Below the pieces are notes generated by a model that saw only the letters and a list, made by a program, of their open reading frames with translations, had not been told where the DNA came from and did no database searches. From an uncultured cyanobacterium (GTDB lineage Bacteria > Cyanobacteriota > Cyanobacteriia > CAKZMO01): DNA of 64,000 nucleotides. The position numbers and the translations under genes were made by a program. Shown here piece by piece: positions 9,907-19,601 of the stretch (position 1 is the stretch's first letter; the number at the start of each line of letters is the position of its first letter). The stretch is from positions 384,001-448,000 of the forward strand of contig CAVRCJ010000011.1 in the NCBI GenBank assembly GCA_963719515.1. Direction: 5' to 3'.

Positions 9907-10654
9907 GTGTCGGGAGTATTCACTAGACGATCAGTTTGCGCCGCTGACCGAGAAGATTCTGGCGGCAGTTGAAGAAGTTAGCGACGAGCCTGTCCGCTTT
10001 TTGATCAACACCCACTGGCACTTTGACCATACGGGCGGCAACGAGAATCTGGGCAACGCGGGCGTCATGATTGTGGCCCATGACGAAGTTTATACCCGCA
10101 TGAGCATGGACCAGTTTATTGACGCGTTCCAAATGGAGGTTCCAGCATCTCCCCCGGCCGCACTCCCCAGCTTGACCTACAGCGACACCATAACCTTCCA
10201 TCTCAACGGCCAGACGGTTCACGCGTTTCACGTGGCCCCGGCTCATACCGACGGTGATACGGTGATTCACTTCCCCGACGCCGATGTCATTCACGCCGGG
10301 GACATCTACTTCAACGGCCTCTATCCGTTTATCGACACCTCTAGCGGCGGCTCCCTCATCGGTATGGTTCGTGGGGCAGAACAGATTTTGGCGCTGGCTG
10401 GAGATGAGACCCAGATTATTCCCGGTCATGGCCCTTTGTCTAATCGCGCAGAGCTAGAGGCCTATCGGCAGATGCTGGGGAATGTGCGAGTTCGCACCGA
10501 GCGGGCTATAGCCCAAGGCCTTACTCTAGAGGAGTTCCTCGCCTCAGACCCGACAGCCGACTATGACGACGCCTGGGGGCAAGGCTTTCTCACCCCTGAG
10601 CAGTTTCTCACGATTGTCTATCAAGATCTCGCTGAGTAATGCTGCAGGGCATTA

Positions 10655-10766
10655 GAGCCGAGTCGCGCCCTGCAGCACTGGTAAGCTGAGTAGCGCCCTG
10701 CGGCACTGGTGAGCCGAGTCGCGCCCTACGGCACTGGTAAGCTGAGTCGCGCCCTGCGGCGCTAGT
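10655..10766. repeat. Tandem repeat, 4 x 28 bp with alternating variants
   Basis: Units GAGCCGAGTCGCGCCCTGCAGCACTGGT / AAGCTGAGTAGCGCCCTGCGGCACTGGT / GAGCCGAGTCGCGCCCTACGGCACTGGT / AAGCTGAGTCGCGCCCTGCGGCGCTAGT, with no spacers. Confidence 0.9.
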
Positions 10767-11094
10767 GATAAGAGCGCATCCGGCCCATCATTGCGCGAGA
10801 GCCCACAATGCAGGCCATTGCTAGCCCCAAAATGGGCACGATGGAAAACTCGCGTGATCGGGTCTGAGGAGGCTTTTTGGCGATGGGCTGGGTGAGCGGC
10901 GTGTAAATTTGCTTGGGCTCGATAACCAGAACTGGGGCGTCGCGGTGACGCGCCAGCATAACGACGTCTGGGTGCAGCAGCAGCGCTAACCCTAGCCAGA
11001 AAAGCAGCATGGTGAAAAACCAGGCGCTAGTCCACAGGGCTAGCGGATGGGCCAGCATCCAACGGACTGCTAGGGGCGATTTAGAGTGATGCAT
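10762..11094 (-). CDS. Hypothetical membrane protein
   Basis: Two hydrophobic segments; ATG with a plausible RBS. Confidence 0.6.
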   Translation of the reverse strand: MHHSKSPLAVRWMLAHPLALWTSAWFFTMLLFWLGLALLLHPDVVMLARHRDAPVLVIEPKQIYTPLTQPIAKKPPQTRSREFSIVPILGLAMACIVGSRAMMGRMRSYH

Positions 11095-11233
11095 GACTTT
11101 CAGGAGGGGGAATCACAGCTGATGCAAAGCTTCAGCTGCGCGATCGCTTACGGGTCACCTACAAATACAGCGCCGGCGAGGGACATTCCATAAGGAAGAC
11201 CGGGTTAGCGCTACCCCTATTATGAAGAGTGCC

Positions 11234-12283
11234 CTACGAATGGCGATCGCCCGCGAGGGTGATTAAGCGATGTACTAGCTCGGGAAACGAAACCCCGGTG
11301 TTGCCCCAAAGAGTGGGGTACATGCTGGTCACGGTAAAGCCCGGTAGGGTATTTATTTCGTTGAGCAGCACTTCGCCCGTGGCCTCAACGTAAAAGAAAT
11401 CGACCCGCGCTAGCCCAGCGCAGTCTAAGGCCTGAAAGGCCTGAATGGCCCTCTGCTGAATTAGGGTAGCGATCGCCTCTGGAAGGGGAGCTGGAATCAG
11501 CAGCTGAGCCTTGCCTTCAGTGTATTTGGTCTCGTAGTCGTAAAAATCAGCGTCGAAGGTAATTTCCCCGACCACCGAGGCTTGGGGATTGTCGTTGCCC
11601 AGCACAGCGCACTCGACTTCGCGGGCCGTCACCCCCGCTTCCACAATTAGGCGGCGGTCGTAGCTCGCGGCGCTGTCGAGGGCGGCCTCTAGCTCATCGC
11701 GCGATCGCACCTTAAACACCCCCACCGATGATCCCAGGTTGGCAGGCTTAATAAAGCAGGGATAGGGCAGCGCTGACTCAATGCGATCGCAAAGCTTGGG
11801 GAAAATGCAGGGGTTAGACCATACCTCCTCTCGGGTCACCGCCAAGTAGTCCACTTGCGGCAATCCCGCCTGGGCAAAGGCACTTTTCATCGCCAGCTTA
11901 TCCATTCCCACCGCCGAGGCGAGAATGCCAGGGCCAACGTGGGGAACGCCCATGAGCTGCAGCAGGCCTTGGATGCTGCCGTCTTCACCGTTGGGGCCGT
12001 GGAGCACGGGGAACCAGACGTCTATGGTGGTAGCTTCGTCGGGAAAGCGCCACAGGCTCCCCTCCGTGAGAGATAGGGGTGGTGCGCCTGCCTCAAGCAC
12101 CGGCTGAGAGGCTTCCGGAGACTGCCAAACGCCGTTTTTTTGAATGTAGAAGGGGAGAACCAGATAGCGATCGCGGTTGCTGTCGTCATTTAAGGCGCGG
12201 GCAATCGCCTGGGCTGAGCGGATGGAGACTTCGTGCTCGCCTGACTGTCCGCCAAATAGCAGTCCAATACGCTGTTGTTCCAT
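11234..12283 (-). CDS. ddl: D-alanine--D-alanine ligase
   Basis: [29 protein letters not shown] and [11 protein letters not shown] motifs. Confidence 0.97.
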   Translation of the reverse strand: MEQQRIGLLFGGQSGEHEVSIRSAQAIARALNDDSNRDRYLVLPFYIQKNGVWQSPEASQPVLEAGAPPLSLTEGSLWRFPDEATTIDVWFPVLHGPNGEDGSIQGLLQLMGVPHVGPGILASAVGMDKLAMKSAFAQAGLPQVDYLAVTREEVWSNPCIFPKLCDRIESALPYPCFIKPANLGSSVGVFKVRSRDELEAALDSAASYDRRLIVEAGVTAREVECAVLGNDNPQASVVGEITFDADFYDYETKYTEGKAQLLIPAPLPEAIATLIQQRAIQAFQALDCAGLARVDFFYVEATGEVLLNEINTLPGFTVTSMYPTLWGNTGVSFPELVHRLITLAGDRHS

Positions 12284-12371
12284 GGTGGCCCTCGTCTTGC
12301 GGCTACAACTATGCCGCTACTTTATCACCTAGAGGCGCTGCGATTTAACCACGATTGGTGGCCTCTTGGAG

Positions 12372-12899
12372 CTATGTTTGGCCGCAGTCCTCAGCACTTT
12401 TGCCGGAGTTCAAGCCTCCAATCAGCGAGCGAATGATGACGCAGCGATAGGTATTAGAGTTTTGGGGCGTAACCGTCAGGTAAATGGGCAAGTCGCTGAT
12501 ATCAATTCCCCGGTCGAGATCGAGGCCACCGTTAGCGCTAAACCAAATCTCCGTGATTTCTTCCCCAGCGCCGTTTTGCGCCGTAAAAACGAGCGAATTG
12601 GCATCAAAATCACCCTCGGCTAGCGGAACTCCGTCAGCCGAGCCATCTCCCGGATAGTTGATGGTGTTGTCTGTCGGGTCGAACTCAATAGCGCGATTGC
12701 TGCGGAGACGCCGCGCTTCGGATTGAGTTTGCCGGACGCCCTGCAAAATCTGGTCGCTGGCGCGCTTGGCCTTTTGACGATTAGCAAAAGTCCCCCAGCC
12801 TGGAGCCGCGATCGCGGCTAAAACGCTGACGATGGTAACTACAATTAATAGCTCAAATAACGTGAATCCTGAGTCGCTTTGCGAGCGCATTCTAGCCAC
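12372..12899 (-). CDS. Type IV pilin-like protein (FimT-like; HpsD position)
   Basis: Prepilin motif G|FTLFE plus hydrophobic helix; GTG start with an AGGAG RBS. Confidence 0.85.
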   Translation of the reverse strand: MARMRSQSDSGFTLFELLIVVTIVSVLAAIAAPGWGTFANRQKAKRASDQILQGVRQTQSEARRLRSNRAIEFDPTDNTINYPGDGSADGVPLAEGDFDANSLVFTAQNGAGEEITEIWFSANGGLDLDRGIDISDLPIYLTVTPQNSNTYRCVIIRSLIGGLNSGKSAEDCGQT

Positions 12900-12947
12900 A
12901 GGTTGTCTCCTGGAAATTGGGTCATCGGTAGGGGTAGACTGAAGCAC

Positions 12948-13895
12948 TCAACTCGGCGTTTTATCGAGCGTACCTCGGATAAAGACCCGAGTCTCAATAG
13001 GCGGCAAGAAGGTATCTTCTCTCATCAGGCCTGAGCGCTGCACTGCATTACCCCGCAAAGACAAAACGACCTCTTGGTTTCCAGCGGTTGTGCCAGGTTC
13101 GCTTATGCAGGCATAGAAACTTCGAGGAACAGCGCCGCTAGGAGTCAGCTGGTAGGTGGAGCCTGTGACTGTTGGACAAGACGGATCAACCCCCGCCGCC
13201 AAACTACCATTCCCATCGTCTACAAAGTCAGCAAGCAGCTCTGGCTCAGAAAAAGCTGGCGTTGAGCCATCAGGGGGCCAGTTTTTAAAGTTCGCTGAAC
13301 CGCTTTCAAACGGACTTACGTAGCCAGTAGCAGCAGCGTCAGCAATTGACATGTCTGAGCGAAAAATACCGGCCTCTCCGACGATAGCGGTGAGCGGATT
13401 ATCGGGATCATCGGGGCCATCATCGCGAGCCCCCAGAGAATAGACCACAAGAGAATAGGAGCTGCCGGCGAGGCAAGGGAGATTAGTTGGCGGGGGGTCA
13501 GCTGTGCAAGCGGTTGACTGAACCGCTTGAGGAATGGGCTGAAGCCGCCAGAATGCTAAGATTGGCGTCATTCCCGCTGGCAGATTGAGATTCCAGCCCC
13601 CCGAGCCCTCACAGTCTGCCGCTGTACCATCAAGGCAGTCAGCGTCATAAGCAAATACAGCCTGCTTGAGTTCTGACTCCATATACGTTAGCGCTAGCTG
13701 CATGTCGCGCTGAGTTTCTGTGCGATCGCTCTCTCGCTGATCGGTTTTGAGAACCTCAATTGCTAGGTACATCAGCCCCGAGACAATCCCTGATGCCAAG
13801 ATGATAGTGACCAGGAGTTCAATTAATGTGAACCCTTTTGAGGCGCTCTTAGAGGCGCGAGGCAGATGTCGTAGGAGCAGCGTGACGGCAGACAT
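12948..13895 (-). CDS. hpsC: Pseudopilin, HpsC-like
   Basis: G|FTLIELLV prepilin motif; TDQRE...MQLALTYM..ELKQAVFAYD segment; third gene of the hps-type cluster. Confidence 0.75.
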   Translation of the reverse strand: MSAVTLLLRHLPRASKSASKGFTLIELLVTIILASGIVSGLMYLAIEVLKTDQRESDRTETQRDMQLALTYMESELKQAVFAYDADCLDGTAADCEGSGGWNLNLPAGMTPILAFWRLQPIPQAVQSTACTADPPPTNLPCLAGSSYSLVVYSLGARDDGPDDPDNPLTAIVGEAGIFRSDMSIADAAATGYVSPFESGSANFKNWPPDGSTPAFSEPELLADFVDDGNGSLAAGVDPSCPTVTGSTYQLTPSGAVPRSFYACISEPGTTAGNQEVVLSLRGNAVQRSGLMREDTFLPPIETRVFIRGTLDKTPS

Positions 13896-13988
13896 AAGTT
13901 AAAACCCTAAAGCGGCGGCACAGAGAAACGGCCTGAAAGACGGGAGACAAACCATGAGTCGCTTCGAAGACCAGCATGAAAAATCGAT

Positions 13989-14720
13989 CTAGGTACATTC
14001 TCCAAGATCGAGATATTGACAGACAGAAAGGTCGCGATCGCTCCACACAAAGTCGGAGTAAAGAACGGCCAAAGGTCGCCTTTGCTGGTTGCCTAAGCCT
14101 GTGGTGTACCGCAGCGAGGCCTCTGTCGTCTCAAGTTCGCCGAGATTAGCGGCGGCGGAAACCGCATAGACCCGAACCCCCATACGAAACTCATTGAGCT
14201 TATCAGGTTCCGCGAGATTGGCGGTCCCTTCATCTCTGAAGGTTTGCATCAAAAAATCTGCTTCGCAATCGCCGTCTATATCCACGGGAAGCGCGAACTG
14301 AGCGCCGGGAAGCGCCGTTCCAGAAAACGCATCGCAGCTAGAATTGGTAGATTGAAGCTCATCGTGAAGGTCCGTAGGAGCGGCGGCGGCGGCGATATCA
14401 TCCCCCACGTCGGGCGGTAGAACCTGACCCTGCAAGAGGTTACCATCGCCATCTACTCCTGTGACAGACTGGCGCTTCTTTTCGATCAGAAGCCGCACCC
14501 TGTCGACCTCCCCCTGGGCGACCTTCAGGGCCTGCTCAGCGCGTCGATTTTGTACCCGCGTTGCCGCAGAGATAAACAGTGGTGGAGTAATCAGCAGGCC
14601 TGTTACCCCAACAACGGTGATAGCGACCAAGCATTCAACCAGGGTCAACCCCCGATCACCAGTCTTGACGGCGATCGCATTAGGGCGATTCTTGTTCCAG
14701 TGGCGATACGGCGGACGCAT
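13989..14720 (-). CDS. hpsB: Pseudopilin, HpsB-like
   Basis: G|LTLVECLVAI prepilin motif and ATRVQNRRAEQA segment; directly after hpsA. Confidence 0.75.
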   Translation of the reverse strand: MRPPYRHWNKNRPNAIAVKTGDRGLTLVECLVAITVVGVTGLLITPPLFISAATRVQNRRAEQALKVAQGEVDRVRLLIEKKRQSVTGVDGDGNLLQGQVLPPDVGDDIAAAAAPTDLHDELQSTNSSCDAFSGTALPGAQFALPVDIDGDCEADFLMQTFRDEGTANLAEPDKLNEFRMGVRVYAVSAAANLGELETTEASLRYTTGLGNQQRRPLAVLYSDFVWSDRDLSVCQYLDLGECT

Positions 14721-14772
14721 AATCTTCTCCAGCTAGCGGCTCATAACGGTTAGAAAAAGACGAGAGCTATCC

Positions 14773-17700
14773 TCATTCAGGAGGGCAAAAACTGTCGTTG
14801 CCTGCAACTTGGCGGCAAAGCTGCGCAATGTAAGGATCGTCCAGCGTTGGTTCGCTGTAGAACTCGCTTCGAGCGGGCGTTGTCGATGCAAATCGACTTG
14901 CAATCGGAGCGGCTGGCACGTACTGAAGCGCGACATCGTATCCCCAGAGGCGATTGGGCGGATTGTAATAGGGAAATCTGTCTCTAGGATCTGTCGGCAC
15001 AGCTTCCGGTTCCCAGACCTCTTGGTCAAAGGGAGCGGTGGCAGCCGCGCTAAAGTTCAGCTGATAGAAGGTGCCGGACATAGAGAGGTCAACGTCATCC
15101 CAGTCTTCAATGAAGCGAGGGAAATTGTGTAGGCCGCCATAGGGCTGATTTAGGCGAGACGGCACGATCCCGCTAATCACGCTGAGGTTGACAATCTGCT
15201 CAGCAGCAGGGGTTATACCATTCTCTTCTTGAGCAAAATAGTTTCCGGTGTAGGGAGTGTCAGCAGCATCGACTGGGTTACCGTTCCTGTTGATGAAGAT
15301 CGGAGACTCCGAGTCGAAAGAGTTCTGACGTCGCCAGTCACCCGGATTGGTTCGAGGTCGGTTTTGGTTGAGGTAAGAGGTGTGATCGCCTGCGCAACCA
15401 TATCGACCCATCGCGTCAGCACCTAAAGTTACCGTGTTGTTTTCACCTGCTGTGAGAAAGCCGTCTTCAACGCTGCCATCGCAAAAGTCTGACGACAGAA
15501 TAATAACGGCATCAGCGAGAACTTCCGTTGGCCGCCAGTCATCATTGCGGGGATTAGCAAACCTGTTGTCTGGGGTTGTACGGGTATAGAAGTTGTCCCA
15601 GGTTGGGTTTAGCCTTTGGGTAAACTCTTCCAGCTGCTCAATCACACCCGGATCGTCCACGGTGGGTCCACGGTGCAGGTTGAAGGCCCCTCGGATGTAG
15701 ACGCTGTTATCTGCAATAAACGATACGCCTCGACCGAGGTCACCAGTTCTCTTCAGCGTAGCGCCGTTGGTTAGGCGAAAGCCATAAGAACGTCGGTCGG
15801 GATCGGAAACAAAATCGACCGCCTTCATGCTGAATCCCTTGTCAAGGAGCAGCGGATCGGTCGAGGCCGTCAGCGCGCTCCCATCGGCGTGGGTTTGGCA
15901 GGTTGCTGGATTGCCTTCTAGAGTGAGGTAGTCGGCACAAAGGGGAGCACCGGCAGCTGCCGGTCGAACAATAGCGTCTTCCCGTACGGCGTCCTCACGA
16001 AACGCAAAGACAATGCCGCTGAGCGGAAGCCACTGCTCGTTAGGATCAGCAAAGAAAGAGGCCTCTCTCAACAGATCCAGGTCAATATCGAGGGTACGCA
16101 CGCTCATCCGCTCGCGCCCGTCGTAAGGTGCGGCATCCTTGAAGGGTACTGGCCAAGTTTCAGAACCAAGCGACCCTACACCGCAGGCCTCATCAATACA
16201 GCGAATCAGCGCCTGTTCGTTAGAGTTAGGATTAACGGGCGCTACATCAGGCGCTGCCGCCTCAAACGGACCCGCGGCGATCGGGGTAACCCAGCCCGAT
16301 CGCAGGCTCTCCTGTGGCGCTATAGCGACGGTGTCTACGTTGTTGAGCAGATCAGCTGTAGGAGACCCGGCAGCAACAGGAGTCGTCCTCTGGTAAAACA
16401 GTCCTCCGTTTTGAGCGCTGATGTATGCATCGACCGCGCCATCTCGAGTCTCATCGGCTGTTTCGGCCAAAGCAGTGATGTCACCCGGCGGAAATAGCGC
16501 TCGCAGAACAGGATACTTTGGTCCATCAGCACAGAGCATTTCCATGCTTGCGTTGACGTAGGGCGTGCAAGCGTATGTGCTGGGCCCTGCAGCAAAGCCG
16601 TTGAGGCGATCGCGATTCACCTGCTCTTTGTTGGCAATCACGCGAGCGATCGCCAGCATGTTATTGGTAACGCCCGTCGCTGCGTCAGAGTCAAGCCCAT
16701 TCCACTGCTCTAGCACAGTGATGAAGGCTTCTGCAGGGTCGCCCGCCGCGAGGGTCACTCCTGTTGGGTTGACGGCGGTGAGAGCTGATAGGCGAGTAGC
16801 CAAAGTGGTGATGGCGCCGTCTTCGACGCTGCCGCCATCACCGTACTCGGTATTGACCAAGAGCGGACTTGCATCTGCTCCAACCGGATTAAACCGGTTC
16901 AGGTAATCGATGTTGTAGGCTAACATTCCCAAAGTGCAGGTAGCCGTATGTAGCGTCGTCTTGTCGGCAGGGCTCAGGGCAGCGTATGTCGTACCCCCGT
17001 CAAGCAGAGCGGTGACGTTACGGAGCACTGAAAAATCTCCCCACATCGACATCAACGGGTAGGGATGAACAACATCGTCTTGAATAGGCGTGAAAGAGGG
17101 TGCTCCGCCATTGGGGTCACCCGCAAACTGAGCTAGATTCCGCAGCGCGATGCCTAAAGGCTCTACGCTGCCCACGACGGTGGCAAAGTTTGCACCGTAG
17201 GGAAAATCAAACTCCCACCCGTTGGTGCCACGACCCGTAAAGAAGTCAGTAAGAATCGCCTGTGATACTATGGCGCTGCGAGGTTCAATGATTTGCAGCG
17301 CCTCAAAGGTAGCGCTATCTTGCAGCGTCTTTGCCGTACCGGGGTGAACCGTCGTCGCCAGGCAAACCCGAGGAAGGTCGCCATCGCCGCCAGCGCTAGT
17401 GGCGTGATAAATTGCCGTCGCCTGGACAGCCGCCAAATTGTCGGCAAGCGTCCGGCGCTGACGGGTTTCGTGGCACCCCAAGTTACTCGTCGGGGTGCAT
17501 TGCTCAAAGGGATAGAGAGGCTCAGCAGTTGGACCAGTGGGCGTCCATCCGTAAGGGTCGCCAAGCTCTAGCCGCTGACCCACAACAATCCGCATGCCCT
17601 CATTTCTAGCCCGGCGTTCCCAGTAGCCATCAAGACCCACGTTTGTATCACCTGTCAAACCTGGGTTTATGAGCTGCAGATCCGCCGTAGGTGACCCAAC

Positions 17701-19263
17701 TGCCGTGACCTCAACACCTGAGTAGCGGGGCTGCGGCCCCTCTCGGTTGTCTGCGCGATAGGAGTCTCCAACCAGCGGCTGGTCTTCAGACCGGCTGAGA
17801 ATACGCTCCTCAATCTCCGGCGTCGCGTCATCCGTGTCCCAAGCTGGATTGCGAAAGGCCCCCGCATCCTCGACATTACGAGATACCGAAACGCCCTCTG
17901 CCAAAAGCCTAATGGGATCTAAGGCAAAGTCAGCTTTGTCTGGCGCGTCGTTTGCCAGAGAGTCAGTTTCTTCGTTCAGCTCGGGAGGATTCACCCGTGG
18001 ATTTTCTTCTCCAAAGATGTGAACCAAGGACGTCTGCGCAAAGTCTGCGTCAACGACACGACCGTTGATGACCTGTCCCTGGAACGCAATCCCACCGTTG
18101 TCAGCTAGCTCAGGCTCACCCAGCGTGATCTCAGAGTCAGATTTAGAGGTGTTTAGGCAAGAGTTTGTGGAGCTGATGAGAAAGGCTCTAAAAGGTCTCG
18201 ACCCGTCTCCCCGGTTACCCTGACCTACGATAAGGTTGCCTTCAGTGTGCATTGCACCATTCCAGCGAAACTGGGGACCGGGAAAGACCTCAAGGTCATT
18301 ACGGAACCAAGCTCCCCACTTGTTCCCCTGCTCGACCTGCCGGTCCTGCTGAAATTCTAGAGTTGCGATCGTCGCGATCGCGCTGGCAGTCTCTAAGGTG
18401 CCGTCGATGTTCACCGCGCCCGGAATAGCGATCGCATTCACCTGAAAGTTCTTACTCGGGTTGGTCCCGGCAACCTTGAACCATCCCTCCTCAACGGCAC
18501 CTGCCGTTCGATTGGCGCAGGCGTTGCTAGATGCCGCTGTCGAACTGAGAGGACCATTCTTGACCTGTAGACTCTCTGCCCTGTTTGCAACGGCTACATC
18601 GGTTCGATCGGATAGATCGTTAATATCGTTGGGCGTCTGAAAGACGAGTGAATAGGCAATCACGGTATCGGGTCCGTCGACACCATCGGTGTCAACCGGA
18701 AACTGCCAGGCATTGTCGTTTGTTGCTGGATTGCCGTCTAGGTCGATTCGAGTTTCATCCTCGAATTCATAAGGGCTAACCTGCGTAACCCCATCCTCTA
18801 AAGTAGGCGTAAAAGGCTCAACGGTCAGAGTGCCGCGAGGTTGGCCGTCATTGGCCATCATGCCAACCAGAAAAGTTTCCCCTGGAGTACCGCTGGGGAG
18901 TCTGTCGTCTTGGCTAAAAAGATATTCCAGCTTGGCCTTCGCCCGGTCAATGGCTGGGGTCGCCGCGTTGTAGATCACCTGCTGCTGGCGATCGCCAATA
19001 GCCTGGGTTGTCCGGGTAAAGGTGCGGAGCGAAATCGAGCCCACCGTCAGCGTTACCACCAGCAGCAAAAGCACCACCGTCGGCAAAATGAAGCCGCTCT
19101 GGGCGCTGGGCTGAGCAAGCCGTCTCGGCAGCACGAACAAGAGCCGAAGCAGCAGGCGGGCGATCGCCCCACCGACTCTAGAAAAGACATTGCCCCGAGC
19201 CGTTTGTCCGGACCGACGGGGTGAGCCCTGCCGGGGGGTGTGACGACGCCTACGAATTGACAT
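14773..19263 (-). CDS. hpsA: Hormogonium polysaccharide biosynthesis protein HpsA-like (large pilin-like protein)
   Basis: GFILPTVVLLLLVV...NAATPAIDRAKAKL N-terminus; YGGLHNFPRFIEDW and PPNRLWGYDVALQY C-terminus; followed by three pseudopilins. Confidence 0.88.
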   Translation of the reverse strand: MSIRRRRHTPRQGSPRRSGQTARGNVFSRVGGAIARLLLRLLFVLPRRLAQPSAQSGFILPTVVLLLLVVTLTVGSISLRTFTRTTQAIGDRQQQVIYNAATPAIDRAKAKLEYLFSQDDRLPSGTPGETFLVGMMANDGQPRGTLTVEPFTPTLEDGVTQVSPYEFEDETRIDLDGNPATNDNAWQFPVDTDGVDGPDTVIAYSLVFQTPNDINDLSDRTDVAVANRAESLQVKNGPLSSTAASSNACANRTAGAVEEGWFKVAGTNPSKNFQVNAIAIPGAVNIDGTLETASAIATIATLEFQQDRQVEQGNKWGAWFRNDLEVFPGPQFRWNGAMHTEGNLIVGQGNRGDGSRPFRAFLISSTNSCLNTSKSDSEITLGEPELADNGGIAFQGQVINGRVVDADFAQTSLVHIFGEENPRVNPPELNEETDSLANDAPDKADFALDPIRLLAEGVSVSRNVEDAGAFRNPAWDTDDATPEIEERILSRSEDQPLVGDSYRADNREGPQPRYSGVEVTAVGSPTADLQLINPGLTGDTNVGLDGYWERRARNEGMRIVVGQRLELGDPYGWTPTGPTAEPLYPFEQCTPTSNLGCHETRQRRTLADNLAAVQATAIYHATSAGGDGDLPRVCLATTVHPGTAKTLQDSATFEALQIIEPRSAIVSQAILTDFFTGRGTNGWEFDFPYGANFATVVGSVEPLGIALRNLAQFAGDPNGGAPSFTPIQDDVVHPYPLMSMWGDFSVLRNVTALLDGGTTYAALSPADKTTLHTATCTLGMLAYNIDYLNRFNPVGADASPLLVNTEYGDGGSVEDGAITTLATRLSALTAVNPTGVTLAAGDPAEAFITVLEQWNGLDSDAATGVTNNMLAIARVIANKEQVNRDRLNGFAAGPSTYACTPYVNASMEMLCADGPKYPVLRALFPPGDITALAETADETRDGAVDAYISAQNGGLFYQRTTPVAAGSPTADLLNNVDTVAIAPQESLRSGWVTPIAAGPFEAAAPDVAPVNPNSNEQALIRCIDEACGVGSLGSETWPVPFKDAAPYDGRERMSVRTLDIDLDLLREASFFADPNEQWLPLSGIVFAFREDAVREDAIVRPAAAGAPLCADYLTLEGNPATCQTHADGSALTASTDPLLLDKGFSMKAVDFVSDPDRRSYGFRLTNGATLKRTGDLGRGVSFIADNSVYIRGAFNLHRGPTVDDPGVIEQLEEFTQRLNPTWDNFYTRTTPDNRFANPRNDDWRPTEVLADAVIILSSDFCDGSVEDGFLTAGENNTVTLGADAMGRYGCAGDHTSYLNQNRPRTNPGDWRRQNSFDSESPIFINRNGNPVDAADTPYTGNYFAQEENGITPAAEQIVNLSVISGIVPSRLNQPYGGLHNFPRFIEDWDDVDLSMSGTFYQLNFSAAATAPFDQEVWEPEAVPTDPRDRFPYYNPPNRLWGYDVALQYVPAAPIASRFASTTPARSEFYSEPTLDDPYIAQLCRQVAGNDSFCPPE

Positions 19264-19601
19264 AGCGGCTCTCGCTCTCGTTAATAGATGACAACCGATT
19301 CACGCATGAGTGCTAACATACCCAACCTTAAGAGAAATCTTTCAGGGCGGCAGCAGAATTACTCAAACAGGATTGCGAGGTCGTCCTAAAACAGTTCAAG
19401 CTAATCATAGCGAATTTAATTTGACGAGCCGGCTACAGGAATGCGCCTTCATGCATGTCACTTTAAGCACATTCTCCCTTCAGTCTAATCAAGCAAAGCT
19501 TTACAGCGTTTATCACCCGAGTAGAGTGTGGATGGCTGAGATGCGCCTCCGTGTTGTTAAAAATCATTCTTGAACAAAATCCACCCCGGAGCCAACCCCC
19601 G

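Larger units (their letters stand above)
8530..9923 (+). mobile_element. IS200/IS605-family element, tnpB only (IS1341-like, non-autonomous)
   Basis: Inserted 3' of TTTAA and ending in TTCAC; no target duplication is needed to restore the host gene. Related subterminal hairpins at both ends (GAAGTCCCGCGCTG...CAGCGTCGGG and GAAGCCCGCGCTC...GAGTGTCGGG). No tnpA. Confidence 0.92.
8319..10639 (+). pseudogene. Secreted metallo-beta-lactamase-fold (cyclase-like) hydrolase split by an IS insertion at 8530-9923
   Basis: Joining 8529 to 9924 restores the frame: ...GGNIGVLVGEDGVFL-I-DDQFAPLTEKIL...INTHWHFDHTGGN (HxHxDH motif). Confidence 0.92.

Noticed and set aside
10655..10766. 28-bp repeats as a CRISPR
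   Set aside because: Units are directly adjacent with no unique spacers.
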